DNA of 64,000 nucleotides from the human T2T-CHM13v2.0 reference genome, Homo sapiens, in the NCBI RefSeq assembly GCF_009914755.1, contig NC_060931.1; one strand, given 5' to 3'. The stretch's first letter is position 1. Each line of letters starts with the position of its first letter. The notes beneath the pieces were generated by a model. The model ran no database searches. It saw only the letters and a program-made list of their open reading frames with translations, and was not told the DNA's origin. Below are positions 14,511 to 26,957 of the stretch, piece after piece. The translations under genes were made by a program, and so were the position numbers.

Positions 14511-15148
14511 GGTTGTTATTGGCCATTGGTAGCAGACATTGTGCTCTTCACAGCCACACACTCACAGGTTTTTTTTTTTTTTTCAAATGCAGGTTTTACT
14601 TAAGAATGTTCTTGAAGAAACAGTGAAAAAAAAATAGTTTTATTAAAGCTCAGCTCTGGAGCACATGTCTTTTCAATATTCTGGGTGAAGAAAGGGGGAG
14701 CTGTCATACAGAAGAACAGCGGCCATCGAGGAAAAGGACGGGCGGGCTACAGCCATGAGCTGACTGAGCCCGCTTTTTCATGGAGCCTCATTTTACATGG
14801 AACGGCACCCAACAGACAAATCATGGTTATTGAGACTTAGGTCTTTGACAGACACCTTTGCAAAAATAAATGAAACTAGCCTGTCGTGTTGAGGAAAGTA
14901 GTATTTACCACTAAAGGTAAAATGTGAGTTTTTAAGTGAAAATTAAAATTCTTGAAAACTTGTATCCAACATCATGAGTCAGACAACCTCCCAAATTTAA
15001 AGAGTTTTCCAATAAGATTAGTGGTGATATTAACAAATGTGATTTTGTGATACTGTTTAAGGAAATAGTTCGACATTTGGAAGACCTGCATAACTCAGTG
15101 AACCAATATTTTCCAAATGACCAATATACAGTGGCATGAAATATTTTG

Positions 15149-15505
15149 CAGGCTGAGGCAGGTGGGTTACTTGAGGTCAGGAGTTTGAAACCAGCCTGGC
15201 CAACATGGTGAAACCCCATCTCTACTAAAAATACAAAAAATTAACTGGGTGTGGTGGCATGCACCTGTAATCCCAGCTTCTGGGGAGGCTGAGGCAGGAG
15301 AATCACTTGAACCCAGGAAGCAAGGTTGCAGTGAGCAGAGATTGTATCACTGCACTCTAGCCTGGGTGACAGAGAGAGACTCTGTCAAAAAGAAAGGGAA
15401 GGGAAGGGAAGGGGAAGGGGAAGGAAAAGGGGAAGGAGGGAGGGAGGGAGGGAGGGAGGGAGGGAGGGAGGGAGGGAGGGAGGGAGGAGGAAGGAAGGAA
15501 GGAAG
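15149..15505 (+). mobile_element. 5'-truncated AluS whose tail is a (GGGA)n/(GGAA)n purine tract
   Basis: TSD GAAATATTTTG at 15138-15148 and 15506-15516 brackets the Alu and the purine repeat. Confidence 0.93.
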
Positions 15506-16119
15506 GAAATATTTTGTGGGCAAAAGAGCCATTCAAAGTGCAAGACAGATAAATGGATTTTAATGTAATAGAGTATGAAATGTTCATTGACATGGTTTCA
15601 GATTCCACATTGCAACCAACCTTTAAGAAACCACCATTTGTTGAATTTGGGGGTAATATCAAGGAAAAATGTTCACAATTATCTGCCAAGGCTAATAAAA
15701 TACTCCTCCAGTTTTCAACTGCATATCTGTGACAGGTTGCATTTTCTTCATATACTTGAACCAAAATAATGGATTGCACAAACAAAAATGAGAATCCAAC
15801 TATCTTCTATTAAGCCAGATATTAAAGAGGGGTGCAAACATGTACACCACTCTCCAGACTAATTTTTTTTTGTTTGGGGGAATAGAATAAGTGTTCATTA
15901 AAATATGTTAAGTAAACATGAAGTGGGTTTTTATTGTCATTGTAAATGAATCAATTAATCAATATATTTAAAACATTACCATTTCATCATACTGCGCAAA
16001 TCACCGGATAGACATCTAAATCTATCCGTTGCTATATACAAAAGCTCTTTGGGGGGCTCAGTAAATTTCTAAGAGCATAAAGCAGTCCTGTGACCAAAAA
16101 GTCTGGGAGCACTGGCTTC

Positions 16120-16990
16120 ATGTTACTGTGTGCCAGTCCCTTTAGCAGGACTGGGGGTACAGCCAGGAAGACGAGGCCCTGCCCTCTGGAAGGTATGTTC
16201 TAGATGAGAGACCAATAATAAACGCACCAACACCTTTACAACTGCAAGTAGCCATAAGTGCTGTGGGGAACACACCTGGATTAGGGAGTCATTTTAGATC
16301 ATGTGACCCTTCTCTGGGGAACAGTCTGTGCCCAAAGATATGGAGAAAGAATGTACCAGATGAACAAAGAGTCAGGACCAAAGGAAAAGAGCTCCCCTGA
16401 GGTGGCCATGGCTTGGAGGCTCAAGAACTGGCAAAACTAGACTTAGAACCTCAGGTGAGGGAGGTGGCTGGTGGATTTCATTGTGCCTTGAAGGACATTG
16501 TAAGGATGTGTCTAATTCTCATGCACATGGAAACCACTGGTTTTGACCAAGGGTAGGTCTGAGCTGAAGCTTACTCTGTTGTAGGGAGAGCGGTGGACCA
16601 CAGGGCACATGTGTGAGGTGGAGAGCTGGTTAGGAGGCCATGCAACCCTGCAGGTGGAGGGGGAAAGGGCTTGGGGGCTGGTGGAGGACGCAGGAGTATG
16701 GGGGAGCTGTGGAAAAGACGTGGAGGCAGAGCCAGCAGGCCTTGCTAAGGGACAGGAGGTGGCTCTAGAGAGAAAATGAGGGATCAGGGATGTCTCCTGG
16801 GGGGTGGCCAGCTGGGTGACTGGGAGAAACTGGGAAGGCGCAGATCAGGGCAGCAGGGGTAGCGGGATCGGGGGTGCTCTGAAGTGAACACGTGAAATTG
16901 AAGGTGCTCGTCAGCCTTCCAGTGGAGGCATCCAGGAGGCAGCTGGAACTGGAAGGAAATGGTGACAGTCGTCAGCACCGTAGAGGTGGC
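16120..16990. mobile_element. L2 fragments
   Basis: Purine-rich L2-like blocks (gttaggaggcca; ccagtggaggcatccaggaggcagctgga). Confidence 0.5.
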
Positions 16991-17199
16991 GGTGGTGGTG
17001 GTTACAGCTGGACCCCTCTGGGCTGGTGGGAAGTGTGGAGGTGAAGGGGCAGGGAGCAGGGGGAGGTGGAGAAGGAAACCTCAGGCTTACATTTTCACCC
17101 TATTCTTGGCTGCCATATTTTCAGGAAGTCCCTCTTGAGGCTGGGACAGAGGGTGGGGACAGTTCAGTCTCCCTGAGAGAGTTTATTCTCGGAGGCCTG

Positions 17200-20100
17200 C
17201 GGTGGGAGCCAGGGCGCGGCGGAGAGGGTTTCCCACCTCTTCCCCAGCAAGCGGGAGGGAGGCGCCGGGCTGAGGCTGCGCTGAGCTCGAGCTCGCCGCC
17301 CGGGTGGACCCGCCCTGTTCAAGCGCGGAGGGGCGGAGGCCTGGCTGGGTTGTAGCGTGGTGCGGAGCAGGACGCCGCCTCGTGCCATGGTCACTGGAGA
17401 CGCACGCCCATCTTCCCTCCCGGGCCCGTCGATCCTGCCATCTTCCGCTCCCGGCCGCTCGTGGGTGTTCGTCATTTAGACCTTCCCCGTGCTTCATGGG
17501 ACGCAAGCCCTCCCCCAGAGTTCGGTTTTGCAAAAGAGGTCTGGAGCCCTCGCTACAGATCCCCTCCCTGGGCCACGGAGGATGAGAAGGGTCACCGAGC
17601 CGAGCCGTAATCCTGCGTAACCCCTGACCTCTCTCCTTCCCTGCCCCCACGGCACCCCATCGTCCCCTCCCCGTCTCCGAGGTCCTCCAGAAAACAGCGC
17701 AGAATTGTGCAGATGTTTAGGAGATGTGAAGATGCTGGAGATGCTTAGGAGGCGACGGTTACGCGAGGAGAATTGCTTCCAGGTGCGCTTCTGGAACGCA
17801 CGGAGATCCCCCGGCGGGGAAGGGGCCGGGGCTCGCGTCACTTAGTGTCTGCTCACCGATTTCCCTCTGAAGAGGGGGCCCAGGGCCTCTGCTGAGGGAG
17901 CGGGGAGGCGGTGCGGGCCCCTCCCGGGCACACATGGGTGTCCGCTCCTTCCTCCCCCTCCCCTCCCCTCGCACGGAGAGCGGAGAGCGGAGAGCGGAGA
18001 GCGACAGGGAGGCAGCCGAAGACTTGAATTTTGAAAGGGGAGCTGGCGGCGCAGGAGCTGTGAATGAGACAGCTACTTAGGAAGCGAGTCCAGCCAGCCC
18101 GGGAGGCGGTGGAGACCCACGCCCGGAAGTAACCGGATTAGGTCTCAGAATGTGATCGCCCCCCGGGTCCCGGGGGAGACGCCAAGGACGCGCAAGCGGA
18201 GGGCGCGGAGACAACTGGGAGTCAGAGTCTCCATCACTTGGGCTGGGAACGCCTCTGGGCGTTCCGACGGGGTGGCGGTGGGGGTCGGGGGAGGCCCTTG
18301 AGAACCGTGCGGCCCGGGGAGAGCCCACCCATTGCTGAGCCCCGACACAGGCTTTGAAGTTGCTGCAGTGGCTCAGCCCCTCCCCCGTCCGGCCCTGCGC
18401 AGCGCGGTGCCGCAGAGTCCAGGCCGTGCCTCCGTTTCGTCGCTCAGAGCTTATTGCGGCGGCTCATTGGACCACGTCGGTGGGGCGATCGCAGCCTCTG
18501 ATCTGTGAGCTGCAAAGAGCTCCGAGGTTCATTCACAAATCTGCGCCCCCAGCCGTCCCTCCACGCACACGAGCCACGTCCCGGGACCCGGAGAGCCCGG
18601 GGCGTTGGGCGCTGCGGAGGAGGCCCGGCTTCTGTCGCTCCCTTCACCTCCCAGCCCGCGAGGGACTTGGGGGAAGGGGGAGCAAGCTTTCGCTCCGGAA
18701 GAAACGTTCGGAACCAAGGAGTCTGACTCCTGGATCCGGGTGCCTGTTGGATCCAGGCTCCCACTCCCGGGCCCTCCGGTCGAACCAAGGGTCCCGACAG
18801 GGCCCGAGGCACCCGCATTCCTAGGAGACAGGAGCTCGGCCAGGGCGCATCACCGGGTCCTGCTCCGAGCCAGAGGACGCAGTGTAGACACCCACCCCCA
18901 CACCGCCCCTCCACAGAGCTCCTCTCCCCTTGGGGCGTCGCTGGGCACAGGGCAGGTCGCTAGGAATCCCCAGTAAAACCACGCTCGCTCAGAGGTTCGC
19001 GGCTTCCTCAGAGGGCGCTGGGGAAAGAGAGGGGACCTGATTTCTTCGACCCTCGGAGGAAAAGTGCTCGGGGCCTCCTAGGGACACAGCCCTGGAAGCT
19101 CACCTCATCTTAGCTTAGGCCGCGGCGAGGTGGGGAGGAGAGTTAGGAGAGGGGGAGAGGGGCTCTGCGCCCTGCAGAGGCCTTTACTTCTGGAGGAAAA
19201 AGACTGGGACACACCCAAGCGAGCCAAGGCCCGAGCCCCACGCACCTCCACCCACCCGGGGCGGCGCACAGCCAGCTCCTGCCGGGCGTGAGCACTCGAT
19301 CAAGGGAGCAAGTGGAATGAAAATCCAGCTGGGGGGGTCCCCCATCGACACAACTGTCCCGCAGTCGAGCTTCTGGATTCCTGGGAGATGTGGAGAGCCT
19401 GGGGCCGGCTCCCGCTCCGCAGAGCAGACTGGACTGCCCTAGGTGCCTGGAATGCGCCTGCACCCTGTCCCTCGGACCCGCGGGAGACCCGTGTTCCGCG
19501 AGTCCCCCTTCTCACCCTAGTCTGCCCCTACCTACATCCCGCCGGCGAGTGTGCCACCGCGAGGCGCCTCCTTCCCCGGGAAGGGAGCTCCCTTCCGCGC
19601 AGACCCGCATTGCCCTTCTTTTCGCTCGGTTTTGTTTTCCAGGGGTAGTTTCTGCAGAAAGGAGATTCTCCTCCGGGCAGAAGGGCTACCAGCCTGCAGT
19701 CAGTTCAGCCCCGGACCCTGGGAGATGCTCACCACTCTGCGGATCTTGATCCGAAATCCTTTCTGGCCGCCCACTGCGGAGAGTGTCCTCGTAGAGAGGT
19801 TTTCAATCGAAGGAGCCTGGGCTCCACATTTTGTCTTCAAGCCTGAGCTTTCAGGGCTGCTTTGCACGAGGTGCAGATGAACTTGTGTCTGCAAACAAGA
19901 CAGAAAACCCTAAGTGCCGCCCGACCTTCCTCTTTTGGGGAACCCGCACTTTGTCCTGGGAGCGTGCCCAGCGCCTTAGTACCAAACTTTCTGGCCGGGG
20001 CTGGCAGAGCTCAGAGTCCCGCTTCCCCCTAGGCGCGGCCCCCTAACATCTGTAACCCAAATGTTGCGCCGCGGCCAAAATTAGCCCTGGCAGTGCGAAC

Positions 20101-20250
20101 AGAGAACTAAAAGCAGGCAGTGAATGAGAACAGCTCGCATTTCTCCTTCCTGGTAGACGGGGAGGTGTAAATCCCGAGGAATTCTAGGGCATTCGCTCCA
20201 AACGTGGGAAATCTTCGCGCGTATCCCGTTTCTTCCTCCCAGCCTGTGTT
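17200..20250. promoter_or_regulatory. Upstream CpG island
   Basis: Dense CpG, GC-rich, free of recognisable interspersed repeats. Confidence 0.8.
17974..18003. repeat. (CGGAGAG)4 heptamer repeat
   Basis: Four perfect copies. Confidence 0.9.
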
Positions 20251-20679
20251 AATGCTCCAAATGGTGTCGAGTTGCTCAACTTTGCCGTCATCACAGAGGC
20301 TGTTGTGTCTTAGGGGATTAACTGATGTGAGACACACAAAACCCTGCAACTCCATAACATAAACTATAGCACAGCCTTTCTGGAGAGGGCTGGAATATTT
20401 GAGTGAGTTTCCGAGAGGAAAAGAGGAGTTTTTTAGAGGAGAAACAGAGCACTTCTATAATGTGCCCTAACTGAGAAATCTTGTTCTACTGAGCTTTTCT
20501 TTAAGTGGAACCAGAAGTGCTGGGATGAGAGGGAAAGGATGGGAGTGCGTCCAAAGGTGGACAGCAGGTCCCCATCCCTGGTGGGAGTGAGACTGGACGG
20601 CATCCCCCGGAAAGGTGGTTTGGGCCTTGGACAAGGCTAGAGGCAGGAGTCCATGATGCAGAGATGACACAGTGCCCCT

Positions 20680-20900
20680 CCGCGTGTGAGTCCACGAAGG
20701 TCACTACTGAGGCTTTGTGCTTGTAAAAGGTCGCCACGCTTCACACAAGCTTCTATACTCAACACAGGGATTGATTGGGTACAGGGATCCCCCCATACCA
20801 TACATGTAAGCATGTATGTCAATTAAAGATGCTCGTGCTAAAGAAACGGCCAACTTTGTTGAACTCAGAGGAACTGATCAATCATTTAACTAAGTAGAGG
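20680..20900. promoter_or_regulatory. Candidate mid-hindbrain enhancer core (Pax2/5/8 + Pbx + TCF)
   Basis: GCCACGCTTCACAC at 20733-20746 (reverse TGTGAAGCGTGGC, paired-domain consensus); TGATTGAT on - strand at 20877-20884; CTTTGTT at 20854-20860. Confidence 0.5.
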
Positions 20901-22199
20901 AAATGTTTGAATTTAATTCGCAATTTAGTTGCCTTTTTATATAAAACTATATATCTTTATTTATATTTGATGAATGAAAAAAGAAATCAGTTCATGACTT
21001 TAACTTAAACATATGTTTTTAAAAATATATTTCCCCCAGCTTAGCCAGTATATAAACTAATTGAGTTCTCCTGGTTAAGCATGATTCAGTTGTGATATTT
21101 AAGAGCGGGAGTGGTTGTTTAGATATTTTCTTCCTCACGTGAAACCTAGACTAATGAGTTATCATCTAACAAGCTGTAGGTAGTTTGGCTGGGCTGGATC
21201 CAGATGGTTTGAGTTAAATCTAGATTGTACTTGCCTAAAATTCTGTAAACCTCTAGCTACGCAAATCCTATTTCCAAAAATGCTGGGAAGTCACTGTATA
21301 AGAGTTTAAGCTACACTAGCCTCTCTGTGATTACTTGTAGCCTTTGGGGAAAGAATAGAAGAAAAGAAAATGTCAGCCTCTGTGAGGTGGGGCTGGTGTT
21401 TCAGGGGTTCCTTTTGAACATCTTGTTTTCTTTCCAAAGGTCAAAAGGAAGGCAGTGGATACATACTAGAATTTCTTCCATCTGTGAATGGTCGCAAGGC
21501 TGGAGAAGGTGGCTAGTGTACTTCAAGGCTCATTATCCTTTTCTGTGTTTTCCTTCCTGTTTTGGTAGGCTTAGCCAGCTCAAGCCTTGGGTGCCATTCT
21601 TCAAATTCCTTTGCCAAACTAATTTTACTTATTTGACTGGATTATTTGAGAGGTGCCACTTTCTTCTGGGTTGCTGTGATTTTGAGGGGGCATTTTCATA
21701 AGAGTCCAGGCATTAGGTGGTGAAACAGTCTGTGCTCCCAAACCTGCCCCTCCCAGGGCTCCCGGGAGACTCCAGAGTGCAGGTCTGTCTGGGGAGTCTC
21801 AGGGGTGGGCCTTGAGTGGAAGTGGGCCCACCTTCCACAGGAGTCCAAATTTTATAGGAATAAGAACAGCAGTAAAACAGGACAAGAGAGCAGGCAGGGA
21901 GCTGCCAAGGAAAGGCGATTCTTGGGAAGGCAGGTCACCCAGAATAAGGCTCCCCTGGCGCTGGAGAGCCGGAAGGGGGAGCGGGCACAGAGGACCTGGT
22001 TTAGGTGTGGGGGTTACTAGCACAAGTAGAGCCATCCTTCAGATTCTCCTTCAGAAGCAGCTGCTTTCCAGAGAAACCAGGTGAGGGACAGTTTCTGCAT
22101 CTTTACACGCCAGCTCTGGAGATCTGCCCACCTGCCCCCAGCCGCCCCCCTCCCCGGGCGAGCCTGGGCTAAGTATCAAGTCAGGACAGAAGGGCGGTC

Positions 22200-23950
22200 C
22201 CCAGTCGGCTCCTGGCCCACTCTGCTTCCCCAACACCTAGGGAGCTTGGGCTCAGCACAGGCGCTTCTCCAGCGATCGGGGCAGAACCAGGACGTGCAAT
22301 GCGACTGCCCCCCCCTCCCCGCTCCCCGGCAGAGCTTCTGTCCGCGCCAACCCACCCACCAGGCTCTGCCCGCGCCACGCGCGCCCCTGGCAGGCCTGGG
22401 GCGGGGAAAGGCGAAGCGCTGGGCACGCGAGGGCCTGTGCACCCCAGTTCCTACGACGCTCCTGGCCCTTTTCAGGCCCGCCGCTGCCGCATTTAACCCC
22501 CTCCTTCCGGGGGTTATTCTGAAGAAGTCTCAGACCCTAGACCCAGCCTCCCAGACCCCGTCCCCGAGCTCGCCCGGTGGGCCTGTAGGCCGGTCCTCCT
22601 TCGCCCAGAGGAGAGCGCAGACACGCAATGTCCGCCCGTTGGCCCCGCCCGCCCCACCCCTGCTCCCCGCGCCCCTTCGTTTCGGCCTTTGTCTACAGGC
22701 CGGGTCGGAACGTCAGCCCCAGGAGCCGACGGTGGCTCTCTGCTCGCCCCGGGGAAGGTGTTTCTCTCCTATCGGCCCCAATTCCCCGCCCGGCGCCTGG
22801 GGCTTGGCCCTGCGGGGCTCGGCTCCCAGCCGAGGGCGCAGGGCTGGCCAGGCCTGCTTTGGCTGAGGTGGAGATCTCGCTCTCAGGGATTGTTGGGCGT
22901 CTCTGCCCCGCGAGTAACGAGACCGCCGCGAGCGAACGGCTTTCATTGAGTCCATTTTTCCAAGTGTCACCACGTCAACCTAGAGAAGCGAGGCGAGTGG
23001 AGGGGACGCAGAGGGGCCGGAAAAGTCACCCTTCTCTGGCCTCGTTTTCAGATAAAAACGGGAGCCTGGCTCGGCATCCGGGCGCCCGGTGTCTCCGGGG
23101 CGCTTCACTGAGGTTTTGTTTGCAAAACTAGCGTCCGTGTCCTGAAGCGCACGGCGTCTGGAAGCTGCTTTCCTGCTCGCCCTCTCCGAGGCCCCTCTTT
23201 GTGCAGCGAGCCTGAGAAATATGGAGGACCGTCCTCCGCAAGCGGGTGGTCGCGGGCGCTCTCCGATTCCTGGGTGAAGCTAGAGGGAAAACGGGGTTCC
23301 CGGGTCAGTGCCCCACTTTCCATCCCGGGAGAAACTAATGTCCGGAGAGGGCTCGTCTGATCCGCACAGAAAGGCCGACCTTGAGGGCGGCGGTCGTTCG
23401 GGGGAGAAAGCGGAGGCTCTGGGCTCGCGGGAGCGCGGCAGCCGGGGCTGGCATCGCAGAGGAGAGACACGCCACTGCCCCGCATCCCCAGAAAGCGCGA
23501 GGCGCCGTCCCAGCTGGGGCAGGCGGCCGAGGCCGGTCCTCATGCGCGCTTCTCGAAGCTTCCTGAAACACCTTGCGGAGTTCCGTGTGTATAGAACTCA
23601 GCACCGCCCAGCCCCTGGGCAGCTCAACTTTCTGCAGCCCCATCCCAGCTTCCCCGGCCCTTTGAACGGTGACCCCTCTTACCGCTTTCCCAGAGTTGTT
23701 TCGTGTTTGGGTCCACTCTGGGGGGCCCGGTACCCTCTAGTTATCTCTCTCTTCATTTATTTCTCTTTCTCCTATTCCTCCCTCCACCTCTCACCTTCCT
23801 CCTTTCCAGGAGAGCGACCCACGAATTCCTCTTCCTCCAGCCAACCCCAGGGCCCAGCCCGCAGACCCTGCGAGGGCAGGTCTCTGCCCACCGGCCCGCC
23901 AGGCGCCCTGGAGGTGACGCTCTGCTTCCCAGAGTCTCTGTTGCAGCCAC
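22200..23950. promoter_or_regulatory. Upstream CpG island
   Basis: Dense CpG with GC boxes (e.g. CCCCGCCC at ~22643). Confidence 0.8.
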
Positions 23951-26708
23951 GAATTGGGGTCTGGGTCGCAGGAAAGCACAGGGCTGAAGCCCAGCGTCTT
24001 GGGGCCATTTATACTGAGGCAGTCAGAGGCAAAGAGTCCCAAGAATTCAGAAAATACTTCTCAGGAAGCCGCCTAATTGGCTTTCATGGGACAGGTGGAG
24101 CCATTAACCTGGGATGGTTTTGCAGGAACCAAAGAGCTCAGGGCCCCTCCTCCTCCCAATATCATGTTCAGGAGACCCAGAGTCGTTGGACCCTCCCTTT
24201 CCTGACTGGTGATCATCAGAGTTTCCAGAGTTGCAGAAAATTCTCCCCCCAAAAAACCAAGTAAGCGTCAATAAGACTTCCCACAAACTCTCACCAGCCC
24301 TATTTTCCCGGGGGGCAGGTAGACTGTGGGGTTTGATTTTTTGAGACTCGGGGAGGACCCCTGGCAGATGTGTGCCTAGCCAGAACATTTGGTAAGGACT
24401 CCTCCAATGAAGAAAAAGTGGAGGAATCCAGCCCCAGCGAGAAGAGGCTTCCCCACCCTGCCCTAGACACACCGGACAGAGGGCACACTCTGATCAGAGC
24501 CACGTCCAGTGGCCAGGAGGCCAGCCCAGCACCTCCTCCCCCACCATTCCCGTCCTGGGCGGGGGGGTAATTTTCCTGGGAGCAGCGCTGTGGGAACTGT
24601 CGTTTCTCATCCCAGCCCAGCCAGCACTCTGAAGCCTGCAGGGGAAGGACAGCACGTGGGATGGACACTGGGGAAGGAGCTTCGCAAGGCCAGGGTGCAA
24701 CCTTCAGGCCCCAGGTGGCCTGGCAGGCCACGCTGCCTCAGAGATGCTTGCCAGACTCCCCAAGTTCACTCAGGGCCTGGCAGCAACCTGCTGGCTGCCT
24801 CTGCGGGGGTCTGGGTTGCTGAGCACGGTGCAGCTGCCCAGGGCCAATCAGCCCTAGGGTGTCCGTGCCAGGCTGCGGCCTCCCCGCCTCCCCCGCACTG
24901 AGGGTACTCATGGCGTGCAAATGCTCCCGCACCCCCAGAGCTGCCCTATCGGATGTTTCCAGGAATTCACACATTTCCATAAAAATGCATTTTAAATGAT
25001 GGACAGGCGAGCCTGGGGTAACAACGGGTGTTTGGTGGGTAGACAAGAGCAAATGGGAAGGAGCCCGAGGGAGGAGGGGGAAGAGAAGAGGAAACAGAAC
25101 TTCCAGTTGGACATTCTGACAACAGCTGGAAGGAAAGTCTAGAAAAGATGAAGAGAGAGGAGGGGAGAAACCAACTGGGGCTCCCACCCTTGCCGTTGGA
25201 TTCCTAATTCTCGTTTCAAATGGGCCCTGCTCTCCGGCAAAATTAGTTTAAAGGATTTTAAAACAAAGAAAACGAGATGACCGGTCTGGGAGCTCCTCAA
25301 TCAGAGTAGAGAAGTTAGAGGGGGGCGGGCGACTTGGTTTTGAAGTCTTAGCTGAACAGTCACCCCTCCTCTCCTTGGCAAAAAGGATTCCTTTAGAACC
25401 TCCGAGGCTCCTGGATTTCTCCCTTCGCAAATGGAGCCGCATACTGCATTCCCCCGCTCTTTCGGATCGCTAAGCATGTTTCATGAGGGTCGCTGTCCCC
25501 GGGTGGAATGCGGCCGTATGCACGCGCCTCCCTGCACACGCACACACACGCACACTTACAATAAGTGTCTGCAGGAGGAGTGTCCTGCGCGCCAGCTCTG
25601 CGTTTAAGACAGGAAGCTGCCGGGTTACCGAGTCAAATGGGAGTGACACTATTCCTCTCCATCAGCAAGGAAAGCGGACCACAAAAGTCCCTTTGTATCT
25701 CGGCAGCTCATTTAATATTATTTATGCATTTTGTGCAAGGAATTGTGGGATTTCGCCCCACGGTAAACAATATGGAAATCTTAAAAATAGCGATCTTCCT
25801 GTGCGTGTCCACCTACGCGCCCCGGGGTGACCTGGCGGGGCTGTCGCCGGGTGACTCACACCCCTGAACCGCGAAGCGACAGGGAAAGCGCGGGCGAGCG
25901 CAGGAGACGCGGTCGGGGGTCTCTCCGGGTTCCTGGGCTCCCGCACCCGGAGCGGGGGACGCGGCCGCTTTAAGGGGAGGAGGGGCGGCGGGCTGCTCCT
26001 GTCACCCAGCGGCGGCCGGAGCGTCACGTGGGCGCGCGGCGCCGCGGCCATTGGCCCGAGGCACGTGTCCAGGAGACCGGCCTGCGACGTCACTCGAGGG
26101 GGCTCTGTTAAAAATAAGAACAAAAATCCAGAGTGAAAGTGTCTCAGGTTGCGCCGAGTGGCCTGGAAATTTCCGAGCCCGCGCGGAGGCCGAGGCGGCG
26201 AGGGCGGCGGACGGCCGGGGAGCGCGGGCGGCCCAGCCCGGCCCAGCCCGGCCCGGCCGGGCCCTGGCCTCGCGTCTCTCACCCATGCGACTCGGGCCGC
26301 GGAGCTCTGCGGGGCTCGGCGGGGGCGCGGCCGCACGCCGGTGGGGCGCCCCGGCCCGCAGCGGGGCGGCGGCCGCGAGGAGGGGGCCTCCATGTGCGTG
26401 CGGGCGGTGGCGGGCGCGCTGACCGCGGGCGCCCGGCACCCTCGAGGGCCGGCTAGGGCGTGCGGGCGGGGACGGCCGGGCGGCGGCGGCGGCCGGAGCC
26501 GGCCCGGGCGGGCGTGAGCGCCGGGGAACGCGCTGCCTGCATGCGCGCAGCTCTCGCCCCGGGCGGCCCAGGCGGCGGCGCCGGAGCCCGAGGCGGCCGG
26601 ACGCGGAGAGGAGCGGGGAGCCCGGGAGGCGGCCCGCGTCCCCGCCGGACCACTGCGACTGTCTAGACCCCGGCTGCGCGGCGAAGTCGAGGACTTGGCT
26701 CTGTTGAA

Positions 26709-26957
26709 TCTCTCATCGTCTGGGCGAGCGGGGCGGCTCGTGGTGTTTCTAACCCAGTTCGTGGATTCAAAGGTGGCTCCGCGCCGAGCGCGGCCGGCGA
26801 CTTGTAGGACCTCAGCCCTGGCCGCGGCCGCCGCGCACGCCCTCGGAAGACTCGGCGGGGTGGGGGCGCGGGGGTCTCCGTGTGCGCCGCGGGAGGGCCG
26901 AAGGCTGATTTGGAAGGGCGTCCCCGGAGAACCAGTGTGGGATTTACTGTGAACAGC
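26709..26957 (+). other. EN2: EN2 5'UTR (start approximate)
   Basis: ATG-free GC-rich leader. The start at TCTCTCATCGTC is from recollection of the reference mRNA and cannot be derived from the sequence alone. Confidence 0.6.

Larger units (their letters stand above)
14060..16116 (+). mobile_element. Charlie1-type hAT DNA transposon remnant, interrupted by a minisatellite and an Alu
   Basis: ttggaagacctgcataactcagtgaaccaatattttccaaatgacc; gagaatccaactatcttctattaagccagatatt; terminal aaaagtctgggagcactgg. Confidence 0.75.

Noticed and set aside
17974-18003. (CGGAGAG)4 as a REST/RE1 site
   Set aside because: Resembles only the right half-site; no TCAGCACC left half at the correct spacing.
23481-23489. 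CGCATCCCC as the recalled 9-bp EN2 promoter indel
   Set aside because: The motif is present but I cannot confirm identity or allele without dbSNP.
22081-24264. 261-aa and 318-aa ORFs upstream of EN2
   Set aside because: Non-ATG starts, CpG-island composition and no recognisable homology.
26880-26957. GTG-initiated 26-aa N-terminal extension of EN2
   Set aside because: In frame but in poor context (tccGTGt); the ATG at 26958 has strong context (A at -3, G at +4). Needs Ribo-seq support.
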